A DNA stretch of 64,000 nt from Planctomycetota bacterium (lineage in GTDB: Bacteria > Planctomycetota > B15-G4). Positions 12,241-21,914 of the stretch are shown one piece after another. The position numbers were made by a program, and so were the translations under genes. The stretch's first letter is position 1. The number at the start of each line of letters is the position of its first letter. The stretch lies in contig JBBQUR010000012.1 of NCBI GenBank assembly GCA_038212275.1, positions 1-64,000 of the forward strand. The letters are read 5' to 3'. The notes below the pieces were generated by a model. That model saw nothing but the letters and a program-made list of their open reading frames with translations, was not told the origin of the DNA and did no database searches.

Positions 12241-12774
12241 GTGATCGCGCAAAAGTCTCGCCTTTCCATTCGCCAGCAGGGCGCTTCCCGTTGCCGACAC
12301 GTTCGCGGCGCCACATTTGTCGAATTGATGCTCGCAGTTCTGGTGATCAGCACGACAGTCGTCGGCTCCACGGCATCCTTGCAGAGTTCGACCGAGGTCT
12401 ACCACTACTTCGCAGACGGCAAGCACGAAGCGCTGATGCTCGCACAGGAGATTCACGAGGCAGCCCAACTGCTTCCGTGGACCGTACCCGAGGGTTCCCC
12501 TCCCCTATTCGGCTCGGCTGTTTCCAAGCTCGCTGACCTCGACGGGAAGACTTTCTCGCCACCTCGTTCCGCCGATTATGACGTCGTGATCAGCCATATC
12601 CCCTGGAGCCAGACTGTCGAGCTCCATCAGGTGGACCTCGAGCATCCAGAGGTTGAGGTCGATCCGGCCGACTTCGACGGCCAGATGCAGACGGAGCTCA
12701 AGGTCATCGTGAAGAAGTCCGGCGTCGAGGTCGGGACCTTCACCTGGTGGCTCGCCGAACCCACGCACGACTGA
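12241..12774 (+). CDS. Minor pilin/pseudopilin (PilV/GspI-like)
   Basis: Class III signal RG|ATFVELMLAVLVIS with Glu at +5. Confidence 0.7.
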   Translation: MIAQKSRLSIRQQGASRCRHVRGATFVELMLAVLVISTTVVGSTASLQSSTEVYHYFADGKHEALMLAQEIHEAAQLLPWTVPEGSPPLFGSAVSKLADLDGKTFSPPRSADYDVVISHIPWSQTVELHQVDLEHPEVEVDPADFDGQMQTELKVIVKKSGVEVGTFTWWLAEPTHD

Positions 12775-12817
12775 CACTCAACTTACCCCTTCCCCTCGTC
12801 CGAAAAGCCGTTCACCC

Positions 12818-13843
12818 ATGACTTCTGCAACCACGTTCGACAAACGACGCATTCCGGCGCGACGAGCCGAAAGCGGCTGGGTGCTTGCCGCCACGCTCGT
12901 CATCTCCACGCTGGCTGTCGCGGTCACCGTCACGTATGCCCGACACGCCGTTCTCGCCAAGAAGACGCTCGAGTTTGCGAAGGGCGCCAGCGAGGTTGAG
13001 GAAGCCACTCGCTCCGGGTTGCAGCGAGTTCGCGAGCGGATGAGGCATGGCAACAGCCCCGGCACGGTTGCCCAAGGCACCGCAGACCATGTCGTCACGT
13101 CGATGGGGCAGACTGTGACCGGGGAGCGCGAGGAGATCGACTACGACACCCGCGAGGTCCGAGTCCGCGCCGCATCAAGCCAGAACGGTGAGGATGAGAC
13201 GGCACACCTCCGAGCTCGCGCAAACGTTGCGCCAGCCTGCGGAGAAACCGACAAGCCGACACAGCTCCGCTGCCAGGACGGTGAGCAACTGCTGCTGGCA
13301 GGCAATCTGATGATCATCTCCGGGCACGCGGCCTACGCAGATGTCGAGCTCGCTGGCCTTTTCCTTCTCGAGGAAGGTGCCACGCTTGATCTGCACAACG
13401 TCATTCTGCGCGGCACCATCATCACTCGGGCGGGCATCTGTGCCTCGAACCCCAAGCTGAAGGGCGGCAGCCGTCCGAGCGTCAATGTGAGCGGCGGATT
13501 GCGACTGCTGGCCGGGACCGAACTGCCTGATACGGCCATGGTTGCGCCCGACCTTCGGTTCCTTGCGGACGGTTCATCGAGCATCGAAGTCCGCGGTTTT
13601 GCAGTAGCCGACGAGGTGGAAGTATCCGGCCGAGGCTGCATGCGCGGAATGATCGTCAGCGGATCGAGCGAAGTGATCGGAACTGCCGTGAGCCGGCCCG
13701 GTCATGGGCGTGAGCCCGAGGATTTCCCGACGAACGTCGAATGCGGCGGCGAGATCGTCCGTTGCATGGGTTTCCCGACGGATGAAGTTCCGGATGACAC
13801 GCTCGACGCGATGCTGACGGTGGACCTGGGTGTCGCGCCATGA
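12818..13843 (+). CDS. PilX/GspK-like large minor pilin with a beta-rich C-terminal domain
   Basis: Basic leader, then SG|WVLAATLVISTLAVAV lacking Glu5; lies among pilin genes. Confidence 0.65.
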   Translation: MTSATTFDKRRIPARRAESGWVLAATLVISTLAVAVTVTYARHAVLAKKTLEFAKGASEVEEATRSGLQRVRERMRHGNSPGTVAQGTADHVVTSMGQTVTGEREEIDYDTREVRVRAASSQNGEDETAHLRARANVAPACGETDKPTQLRCQDGEQLLLAGNLMIISGHAAYADVELAGLFLLEEGATLDLHNVILRGTIITRAGICASNPKLKGGSRPSVNVSGGLRLLAGTELPDTAMVAPDLRFLADGSSSIEVRGFAVADEVEVSGRGCMRGMIVSGSSEVIGTAVSRPGHGREPEDFPTNVECGGEIVRCMGFPTDEVPDDTLDAMLTVDLGVAP

Positions 13844-14328
13844 GAGCGCCTCAGTCGGGTCATACTCTCATCGAGATTCTCGTGGCGATGCTCATACTCG
13901 GACTTCTGGCCGGCATCGTGTTGCCGAGCGGCGGGATCGGCGACGATCGGAAACTCGACACAGTCCAGCTCGAGATTCAGGACGCGATCGATCACGCCCA
14001 GTCGGTTTCATACCAGACCGGCGCTCCGCATGGCGTTCGCTTCGACTCCAACCATGGCTGGTTCGCAGTCATCAACGAGGTGGGCGTCGCGATCGACGAT
14101 CCACTCGCGCATGGCGACTACATCGTCCGGTTGAAGGACCCGGGGCAGCCCGGGAACGTCCACATCGACTACGCGACGTTCAACGGGCGGCCGCTTGCGG
14201 CCTTCGATGCCAAGGGCGTCCTGGTGTCGTCGGGATCGATTCACCTGCGCGCTGGCAGCACCGAACGCTGGCTCGCCTGCAATACCGCAACGGCCACCCT
14301 CACGGAAATACCCGTGGGCAACAATTGA
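13840..14328 (+). CDS. Minor pilin/pseudopilin (FimT/GspH-like)
   Basis: SG|HTLIEILVAMLILGLLAGIV; AQS..A helix and AFDAKG motif typical of GspH/FimT. Confidence 0.8.
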   Translation: MRAPQSGHTLIEILVAMLILGLLAGIVLPSGGIGDDRKLDTVQLEIQDAIDHAQSVSYQTGAPHGVRFDSNHGWFAVINEVGVAIDDPLAHGDYIVRLKDPGQPGNVHIDYATFNGRPLAAFDAKGVLVSSGSIHLRAGSTERWLACNTATATLTEIPVGNN

Positions 14329-14350
14329 ATATCGAACCGAGGAGGAAGAA

Positions 14351-15748
14351 GTGAAACGTCGAAAAGTCGGCAATATCGGGCTCGTGTTCGGCAACGACAC
14401 GATCCGTGCCGCGCAGAACGTGGACGGCCGCATGGTCTGGTCGTCCGTGCCTGTGGGGGAAAACGCCAAGAAGAGTCTGCGCCAACTCATTTCGTCTGCA
14501 CCCTTCGTAGGGCGGAATGCGGTCGTCGGCCTGGAAGGAAGTGCGGTCCTCATCGAGTCCATCGTGCTTCCGCCGGGAAGCGCCAAGGAAGCTCGCAAGA
14601 TCTGCACCGATCGCTTGAAGGGCGACCCGTTGTTCTCCGCCGACAAGGCCATCCTGGGCATCGGTGTGGAGAGCATGCCACCTGCCGATAGCGGACAGAG
14701 TCCGGCTCTCGCCATCATGACCGCCATGAACCGCGAGCGACTCATGGATGTCATGCGCCTGTGCCGCGACGCCGAAGTGGAGGTGCAGGCCGTGGAAGCG
14801 TCGGCGCTCGCAGCCTGGCGGGCATGGAACGCCGAAGGCCTTCAGGTGCGCATGATCCGCGGGGGAGGGCACGACCTCGTGCTCGCCGGACTGGATTCCA
14901 AACTGCTCTTCTGCCGGATCGTGGACACGCCGGTGCCGCCACTCGAGTTGCGCGCCACCATCGGACGCGCAGCTTCGCTGCTCGGCGCGGAGAGCTTTCC
15001 GCTGCTCATGACCGTCGGTGTCGATGAAGCCGGTCGGCAAGAGATCGCCGGTGCTCTCGGACTCGAAGTGACGCCGCCCGGCCGATCCCTCGATGATGCG
15101 GCCGCAGTCGGACTCGCGACGGAGGGGCCCATTCTTGCGGACTTCACCCCTCCCGAAGAGCGCGTGCTTCGAGAGAAGCGGCACGTGAGAAAGGTCAGTG
15201 TGGCGATGGCTGCTGCCTGCGGCGTGCTCGTGCTGGCCGCGGGTGCGCTCGGCACCCAGCGCATCGCCAGTCTGCATGACCGGCAGGCGACTCTCGAGCA
15301 ACAGCGCGACATCACCCAAGCGGACAAGCAGCAACTCGAGGAACTCAACGCCGAACTGGCGCGAGAGGAGTCCAACGAAGCGGTGATCGTCGAGGCCCGG
15401 CCGGGCCACCGCATGTCCACGCTGTTCGCGCTCATCTCGTCACGCACGACGGATGCGATTTCGATCGAAACCGCAAAGGTTGTGGATATCGAGGATCCGG
15501 CCTACGCGAGTGCGATGCGAGACAAGAACAACAAGGACAAGAAGCGCGCGGGTCCTGTTCCACGCCAGCTCGAGGTGCGCCTCAACGGGCTGGCCCGGAC
15601 CGGCCTGGCCGTGCGTCAGTTCGCCGATGCGCTGCTCGGTACGGGTGCATTCTCCGATGTGCGAGTTGAAGCCAGCGAGCGCGTGCTTCTCAGCGTCGGT
15701 GTGGATGGTGAACGATTCCGGATCTACGCACGGGCGGAGACGCACTGA
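14351..15748 (+). CDS. PilM-like/PilN-like fusion (GspL-like alignment protein)
   Basis: GAGGAGG RBS then GTG; cytoplasmic PilM-like region (VQAVEASALAAWRA), one TM, coiled coil, then a PilN-like domain (LNGLA...VRQFADAL...FSDV). Confidence 0.7.
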   Translation: MKRRKVGNIGLVFGNDTIRAAQNVDGRMVWSSVPVGENAKKSLRQLISSAPFVGRNAVVGLEGSAVLIESIVLPPGSAKEARKICTDRLKGDPLFSADKAILGIGVESMPPADSGQSPALAIMTAMNRERLMDVMRLCRDAEVEVQAVEASALAAWRAWNAEGLQVRMIRGGGHDLVLAGLDSKLLFCRIVDTPVPPLELRATIGRAASLLGAESFPLLMTVGVDEAGRQEIAGALGLEVTPPGRSLDDAAAVGLATEGPILADFTPPEERVLREKRHVRKVSVAMAAACGVLVLAAGALGTQRIASLHDRQATLEQQRDITQADKQQLEELNAELAREESNEAVIVEARPGHRMSTLFALISSRTTDAISIETAKVVDIEDPAYASAMRDKNNKDKKRAGPVPRQLEVRLNGLARTGLAVRQFADALLGTGAFSDVRVEASERVLLSVGVDGERFRIYARAETH

Positions 15749-16266
15749 TGAAACCCAATGGCAAGATCGCACTGGCGGCCGTGGCGCTGGTCATGGCGTC
15801 CGCAGGCACCCTCTATCCCATCAGGAACTCGCTCGCATCCTCGCAGTCCGAGGTCGATCGCATCCAGGCAGACCTGGACCGCGACCAGGGGGTGCATGAG
15901 CAGCTGCTGAAGGCTCACGCACGCATGCTCGAGGTAAAGGCCAGTATTGCGGAGCGAGCGTTCGGCCTTTGTCCGTCCACGCCGGAGGCGGAGCACGAGT
16001 TCGAGACCAGCCTGCTGGGCCTCGTCGATTCGACGGGCCTGCACAGCGTTCGAATGGATCGGAAGACCGAGACCATGGACAGCCGGACACCGGTGCTCTC
16101 GCTCGACCTGGTGGTCGAAGGCGAGGCGCAATCCCTGCAGAAGTTCCTGCAGGCACTTGAAGGCATGCGCTGGGTCACGCGCGTGCTGGGCATCACCGTG
16201 GAACCTGGCAACGAGGTTCGCCGGATGACGCTTCAGATCGCCGTGATCCTGGAGCAGAAGCCGTGA
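15748..16266 (+). CDS. PilO/GspM-like protein
   Basis: N-terminal TM, coiled coil and LDLVVEG...LQKFLQALE motif; coupled to the upstream gene by TGATG. Confidence 0.72.
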   Translation: MKPNGKIALAAVALVMASAGTLYPIRNSLASSQSEVDRIQADLDRDQGVHEQLLKAHARMLEVKASIAERAFGLCPSTPEAEHEFETSLLGLVDSTGLHSVRMDRKTETMDSRTPVLSLDLVVEGEAQSLQKFLQALEGMRWVTRVLGITVEPGNEVRRMTLQIAVILEQKP

Positions 16267-16862
16267 AGACCCCCGAGAAATCAGCCAAGCCAGACAATGG
16301 AAAGCAGCAGAAGCAGCTCCTCGCTCTGGGTGGGTTGTCCGCGGTATTCGTCGCGGTACTGGTCATCCAGTTCGGCGGCGGCTCGTCGGCGCCAGCAGCG
16401 TCCGCGATGACGGCGCCGTCACCGGACGAGGCAACTGCCGACCCGGTCGAGGCAGGCGGCGCCGAAGCTGCGCCTGCCGGTGCGCCGATTCCCGTCGCGA
16501 AGAACAACGCAGTTCTGTCGGAGCCGATTGCAGCCGGAACAACGGCCCGCAGTCCGTTCAGCAACTTCTGGAGCGTGACTCCGACGAACGGCACGACGAA
16601 CGTTCCTGCGATCAGCGCGCCGACGATCACGGTCAACGCCACGATGCCCTCGGACACCGCAGGGCTTGCCGTCATCGATGGTCAACTGCACTTCGTGGGC
16701 GACTCGATCCAGGGCTGGTCCCTGGCCGAGGTAAGCCCACGCTCGGTGACGCTCCGCGCACCTGCTGGTGAGACGGTGGTGGTGGCGATGCCACTGCTCG
16801 TGGGTCGCCTTGCGCTGCCCGAATCACCCTCGGCCGGCATGGGCGGGGAACCCTCCCGCTGA
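16263..16862 (+). CDS. PilP/GspC-like accessory protein
   Basis: One TM, Ala/Pro linker, RSPF motif and AVIDG...VGDSIQGWSLAEVSPRSVTL beta domain; lies directly before the secretin. Confidence 0.65.
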   Translation: MKTPEKSAKPDNGKQQKQLLALGGLSAVFVAVLVIQFGGGSSAPAASAMTAPSPDEATADPVEAGGAEAAPAGAPIPVAKNNAVLSEPIAAGTTARSPFSNFWSVTPTNGTTNVPAISAPTITVNATMPSDTAGLAVIDGQLHFVGDSIQGWSLAEVSPRSVTLRAPAGETVVVAMPLLVGRLALPESPSAGMGGEPSR

Positions 16863-16970
16863 AGCTGCGACCGACCCGGTTGCATCCTCGGACGGCGCAT
16901 CCGTCCGGGCCTTCTCTCTCAAGAATCGCCAACGCGGCTGCCGATACGGCCGCACCCAGCCCTACTCCGG

Positions 16971-18716
16971 ATGGCTCTTCGCATGCTTGCCAAACTGTTC
17001 ATGTCCGCCCTCATCCTTCCGGTCCTGTCCGTGCCCGTCGCCGCACAGAGCCAGAAGGCCCCCAACGCCGCCCAGAATGCCCAGCCGCAACCTGTGGCGT
17101 CCGTGCCCGCAGCAGCGAAGAGCATGCCGCTCCACGAGGGTGAGCCGATCACGCTGAACGTGCAGCAGACGCCGCTGGGGCAGGTGCTCGAGATGATCTC
17201 GGTGCGCCAGAAGGTGAATATCGTCGCCGGCGTCGACACGAACACGCCCGTGACGGCGAACTTCTATGACGCCACGCTTGAACAGGCGCTGGACTGGGTC
17301 CTGTCGCCGCTCGGCTTTGCCTGGCAGTTCGACGGCCGCGTCTACAAGGTGCTCCCGGCTGCGGACTTCGCGCTGCAGCAGCAACCGCTTGTGCACGAGG
17401 TGTTCCGCCCGAATTACATCTCGGCGGCCGAGCTGGCCAAGTTCCTCACGCAGTTCCTCTCGCCGCAGGGCCGCATCGTGCTGTCGGATCCCCCGGGCGT
17501 CGGAATCCCGAGCGGTGAGGACGATGCCGGCGGCATGAACAGCAACCAGCCCGAGACGGTCATCGTCGTGGACAATGCGCCGACGATCGACTTGCTTCGC
17601 GGCGTCGTGGCGGAGCTGGACCGGCGCCCGCGCCAGGTGCTCGTGGAAGCCACCATCCTCGAGGTGCGCCTTGATGAGACCAACAAGTTCGGCGTGGACT
17701 TCAACATCCTCGGAGGCCACGGTCTCGACTCGTTCGAGAGCCTCGGCGCGCCCGGGCAGGTCTTCAGCGATCCGACGACATTCGTCACGGGCGGCCTCGG
17801 CCCGGGATCGCAGGCCGCTGGCGCACCGTTCCTGACGCCGGGCACCACGGGCAGCATCGGTCAGAGCGGCTTTGCAGATGCCGGAGACGGATTGCGCATC
17901 GGGTATGTCGGCAGCAACATCGCCGTCTTCCTGCAGGCGCTGCAGTCGGTGGCTGACACCAACGTGCTCGCCAACACGAAGGTGCTCGCGCTCAACAAGA
18001 TGCGCGGCGAACTCGTCATCGGCGGCAGGCTGGGCTACTTCGGCGGCACGACCGTGAGTGACGGCATCAGCCAGCAGACCGTCGAGTTCCTGGAGGTCGG
18101 CACGCAGCTGCGCTTCCGCCCGTACATCTCGAACGACGGTTTCGTGCGGCTCGAGATTCACCCGGAGCGGAGCAGCGGCGTCGTCGATCCGACGACCGGA
18201 CTGCCGACTGAGGCGACATCCGAGGTCACGACCAACGTGATGGTGCGGGATGGCGAGACCGTAGTGCTCGGCGGACTGATCGAGTCGCGCGACGTCAGCA
18301 CCACCAAGCGCGTGCCGATCCTCGGCTACCTGCCGGCGGTGGGCTGGCTCTTCTCCTCGGAGGAGAACGAGACCCAGCGCAACGAGATCATCGTGCTGCT
18401 CACTCCGCACATCCTCGAGGATGGCGAAGCCTTCGAGAACGCCGAGAAGCTCATCTCCGACGACATTGCCGCCCGCACCCAGCAGCGCAAGAACATGGGC
18501 CCGGTGGCCCGCGTCGAGCAGGCGTACCGCACGCTCGAGGAATCGCGGGCGGCGCTCGCCCGCGGTGACCTCGACGAGGCGCGCCTGCTCTGCGACCGCA
18601 GCCTCCTGCTCGACCCGCTCGCCGAGGGCTCGATCGAGTATTCGCAGGAGATCGACGCGCGCATCGCCGAGAAGGCTGCTGCACAGAATGCGGCGAACGC
18701 GCCGGTCAACGGGTAG
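16971..18716 (+). CDS. Secretin (PilQ/GspD family) with TPR-like C-terminal extension
   Basis: Signal peptide; LDRRPRQVLVEATILEV, VRDGETVVLGGLI, VPILGYLPAVGWLF and EIIVLLTPHI motifs. Confidence 0.92.
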   Translation: MALRMLAKLFMSALILPVLSVPVAAQSQKAPNAAQNAQPQPVASVPAAAKSMPLHEGEPITLNVQQTPLGQVLEMISVRQKVNIVAGVDTNTPVTANFYDATLEQALDWVLSPLGFAWQFDGRVYKVLPAADFALQQQPLVHEVFRPNYISAAELAKFLTQFLSPQGRIVLSDPPGVGIPSGEDDAGGMNSNQPETVIVVDNAPTIDLLRGVVAELDRRPRQVLVEATILEVRLDETNKFGVDFNILGGHGLDSFESLGAPGQVFSDPTTFVTGGLGPGSQAAGAPFLTPGTTGSIGQSGFADAGDGLRIGYVGSNIAVFLQALQSVADTNVLANTKVLALNKMRGELVIGGRLGYFGGTTVSDGISQQTVEFLEVGTQLRFRPYISNDGFVRLEIHPERSSGVVDPTTGLPTEATSEVTTNVMVRDGETVVLGGLIESRDVSTTKRVPILGYLPAVGWLFSSEENETQRNEIIVLLTPHILEDGEAFENAEKLISDDIAARTQQRKNMGPVARVEQAYRTLEESRAALARGDLDEARLLCDRSLLLDPLAEGSIEYSQEIDARIAEKAAAQNAANAPVNG

Positions 18717-18724
18717 GAGGAAAC

Positions 18725-19027
18725 ATGATTCAGAGGGTGGAGGCGGGACGGGAGTTGTCCCACGGAGCGATTGCCGAACTGGGCGCAACCCTGTCCGAGC
18801 AGATCGGAAGAGGCGTGACCAGCATCAGCATGAATACCTCGCGTGTCGTGGACTTTGACAGCCAGGCACTCGAGTCGCTGCTCGAGTTCGACAGCCTTGC
18901 GAAGTCGCGCGGCCTGAACTTCGTGCTGCACGAGCCTTCCGAACTGCTGACACTCGCGTTGTCCATCACGGGTCTCGAGGAGAAGTTCGAGATCCGTCGT
19001 GAAGTCAAGGAGCAGGAGCAGGTCTGA
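18725..19027 (+). CDS. STAS-domain (anti-anti-sigma-like) protein
   Basis: AGGAGG RBS; 100 aa; VVDFDSQALESL and L.ITGL..KFEI match the SpoIIAA-like pattern. Confidence 0.8.
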   Translation: MIQRVEAGRELSHGAIAELGATLSEQIGRGVTSISMNTSRVVDFDSQALESLLEFDSLAKSRGLNFVLHEPSELLTLALSITGLEEKFEIRREVKEQEQV

Positions 19028-20739
19028 TGGGTATCGTCGGGCTGGAACACAGGATTCTCGCGGACACTCTGCGTCAGACGGGACTCGTCCAGGAGGCGGA
19101 GCTGGAGCGCGGCCTCAAGTCGCCGCCGCTCTCGCCTTCCGAGCGGCTGGACGAGCGCCTCGTGCGCCTGGGCATCGTCGACGACGAGGTGCTCTACAAG
19201 GCGCTCGCGCACCAGAATGGCCTCCGTTTCGTGAGCCTCGTCCCCGGCCTGGGCGATCAGTCGCTGTCCACGCTGCTCGACAAGGACTGGGCGCGCAGCC
19301 ACGGCGTGCTTCCGCTCTACCGGGTGCACGGCGAACTGACCTGCGCCGTCGCCGACCCGACCGACGTGTTCACGCGCGATGCCCTGCGCCGCCTCACCGG
19401 GCTGAAACTCCGCATCGTCGTGGCGCACCCGGACGAGATCGCACGCGGCGGTAGCCAGTCGACGAGCAATCGCCCGGGTTTCTCGGTGGATGACATCATC
19501 GAGGACGTCGGCGAGCACGACATCCAGATCGTCGCCGAGAAGATGGACGAGGTCGGCAACCTCGAGGAGGTTGCAGGCCTCTCGCCCGTCGTGCGGCTGG
19601 TGAACTTCATCGTCGCCAAGGCGATCCGCGAAGGCGCCAGCGACATCCACATCGAGCCGGGCGAGGACATCCTGCGCGTGCGCTACCGCGTCGACGGCAT
19701 CCTGCGCGAGTCGATGCGCCCGCCGGCGCGCATGGCCCCGGCCATCGTGTCGCGCATCAAGATCATGAGCAGCCTCGACATCGCGGAGCGCCGCATGCCG
19801 CAGGACGGCCGCATGCAGGTCATGCTCGACAACCGCGGCATCGACCTGCGCGTATCGACGCTGCCGACCTTCTTCGGCGAGAAGGTCGTGATCCGGATTC
19901 TGGATCGCAGCGCCATGCGCGGCGATCTGTCGTGCCTCGGCCTCAGCCCGCGCATCCTCGAGCACATGACGGATCTCGTGGGGCGGCCCAACGGCGTGAT
20001 GCTCGTGACGGGCCCGACCGGTTCGGGAAAGACGACCACGCTCTACGGCGCTCTCGCGAGCATCAACTCGATCGATACCAACATATGCACGGTCGAGAAC
20101 CCGACCGAATACAACCTCGCGATGGTCAACCAGGTGCAGGTCAACGAACGTGCGGGGCTCACGTTTGCGACGGCGCTGCGCTCTCTGCTGCGACAGGACC
20201 CCGACGTCATCATGATCGGTGAAATCCGCGATCGGGAGACGGCGCAGATCGCCATCGAGGCGGCCCTCACCGGCCACCAGGTGTTCAGCACGCTGCACAC
20301 CAACGATGCGATCTCGGCCATCCCGCGACTCGTCAACATGGGCATCGAGTCCTACCTTCTCGCCGCCGCGATCAACGGCATCATGGCCCAGCGCCTGGTG
20401 CGCCGCATCTGCACATCGTGCAGGATTCTCGTCGACCCGGACGCGAAGACGCAGGCGCTCTTCAAGTCCTTCGGGCTTCCGCTGACTCAGGTCGCGCGCG
20501 GTGAAGGCTGCGCGCACTGCGGTCACGCCGGATTCTCGGGCCGGGCGGGCATCTACGAGCTGTTCATGATCAACGACAGGTTGCGTGACATCATCACGAC
20601 TGACCCGTCGCTGTCGCCGCTGAAGAAGGAAGCCCACGAGCAGGGACACCTGTTCCTCGCATACGACGGGCTGTGCAAGGTCGCGGAAGGCCTCACGACC
20701 GTCGAGGAAGTCACCCGCGTGGTGGAGATGGAGCAATGA
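19027..20739 (+). CDS. PilB/GspE family assembly ATPase
   Basis: ASDIHIEP, PQDGR, Walker A GPTGSGKTT, LRQDPDVIMIGEIRD, STLHTN and a CxxC...CxxC zinc site. Confidence 0.95.
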   Translation: MGIVGLEHRILADTLRQTGLVQEAELERGLKSPPLSPSERLDERLVRLGIVDDEVLYKALAHQNGLRFVSLVPGLGDQSLSTLLDKDWARSHGVLPLYRVHGELTCAVADPTDVFTRDALRRLTGLKLRIVVAHPDEIARGGSQSTSNRPGFSVDDIIEDVGEHDIQIVAEKMDEVGNLEEVAGLSPVVRLVNFIVAKAIREGASDIHIEPGEDILRVRYRVDGILRESMRPPARMAPAIVSRIKIMSSLDIAERRMPQDGRMQVMLDNRGIDLRVSTLPTFFGEKVVIRILDRSAMRGDLSCLGLSPRILEHMTDLVGRPNGVMLVTGPTGSGKTTTLYGALASINSIDTNICTVENPTEYNLAMVNQVQVNERAGLTFATALRSLLRQDPDVIMIGEIRDRETAQIAIEAALTGHQVFSTLHTNDAISAIPRLVNMGIESYLLAAAINGIMAQRLVRRICTSCRILVDPDAKTQALFKSFGLPLTQVARGEGCAHCGHAGFSGRAGIYELFMINDRLRDIITTDPSLSPLKKEAHEQGHLFLAYDGLCKVAEGLTTVEEVTRVVEMEQ

Positions 20740-21875
20740 GTTTCGCAGTCGAAGACGCACGCAGGGATGGCGACGGCGCTCCGCCGGAGTCCTTCGTCGA
20801 GGGGATGCAGGCCAAGCTGGCGCTGTTCATCAAGAAGATGCAGGTGCCGCAGGAGCAGGTGCTGGACCTGGTCACGCAGCTCGGCATCATGTTCGAGACG
20901 GGGTTGAACCTCTCGGCGGCGCTCGAAGTGCTCGAGAAGCAGGCGGGTTCTCCGCACATGAACGAATTCGTCGCTACGATCCGCAGGGACGTCGAAGAGG
21001 GCAAGCCGCTCTCCGTCGCGATGGGCCGGCACTCGTGGGCCTTCTCGCCTGCGGCGCTCGCACTCGTGCGCGCCGGCGAAATGACGGGTGACCTCGGCCG
21101 GATGCTGGAGAAGGTCGCGGCCTTCATGGAACGCGACATCGGCACGCGCAAGAAGGTCAAGGGCGCGATGGCATACCCGGCCTTCATGGCGATCATGGCC
21201 GTGTGCGTGATCATCTTCCTGCTGGTCAACGTCTTCCCGAAGTTCGCAGTGCTGTTCGCCAAGGAGCCCGACAAGCTTCCGGGCCCGACGCGCTTCTTCC
21301 TCTCGCTGTCGGACTTCCTCACGGCGCACGGAGCCTGGCTGCTGCCGGCGGGCGTGGTGCTGGTGGTGTGCACGCTCGTCGCGATCCGCAGCAAGCGCGG
21401 TCGCGAGGTCTGCGACCCGGTCTTCCTGCGCATGCCGGCCTTCGGCTCGCTGATCAAGGCCGTGGCCATCTCGCGCTCCTTCCACGTGCTCGGCGTGATG
21501 CTCAACGCGGGCTTGAACGTGCTCGAGGCGCTGGACCTGGCCTCACAGGTCAGCACGAACAACGAGTACGTCAAGCTCTGGCAGCGCTCCAAGCACGACG
21601 TCGAGAACGGCGGCGACATCTCGGCTTCACTGATGGACAGCCCGCTGATCCCGGCGGCCGAGACCGCGATGATCTCGCTCGGCGAGCGCTCAGGCACGCT
21701 GCCCACGGTGCTCCAGAAAATCACGGCCCATCACGAGAAGCGCGTGGATTCGGCGATCAAGGCCTTCGTGGCCGTGATCGAGCCGGCGATGACGATCGCG
21801 ATGGGCGCCGTCGTGGCCCTCATCGTGTCCTCGCTGATCATGCCGATGTTCGCGATCGCCTCGGTCATGCACTGA
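20736..21875 (+). CDS. PilC/GspF inner-membrane platform protein
   Basis: GE.TGDL, AMAYP, GERSGTL and IEP motifs of the T2SS F domain. Confidence 0.93.
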   Translation: MSFAVEDARRDGDGAPPESFVEGMQAKLALFIKKMQVPQEQVLDLVTQLGIMFETGLNLSAALEVLEKQAGSPHMNEFVATIRRDVEEGKPLSVAMGRHSWAFSPAALALVRAGEMTGDLGRMLEKVAAFMERDIGTRKKVKGAMAYPAFMAIMAVCVIIFLLVNVFPKFAVLFAKEPDKLPGPTRFFLSLSDFLTAHGAWLLPAGVVLVVCTLVAIRSKRGREVCDPVFLRMPAFGSLIKAVAISRSFHVLGVMLNAGLNVLEALDLASQVSTNNEYVKLWQRSKHDVENGGDISASLMDSPLIPAAETAMISLGERSGTLPTVLQKITAHHEKRVDSAIKAFVAVIEPAMTIAMGAVVALIVSSLIMPMFAIASVMH

Positions 21876-21882
21876 GAATACG

Positions 21883-21908
21883 CCGGCCGGGCGGAGACGC
21901 CCGGCCGG
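21883..21908. terminator. Stem-loop between convergent genes
   Basis: CCGGCCGGGCG-GAGA-CGCCCGGCCGG, a perfect 11-bp stem; no U-tract. Confidence 0.65.
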
Positions 21909-21914
21909 CCGCTC

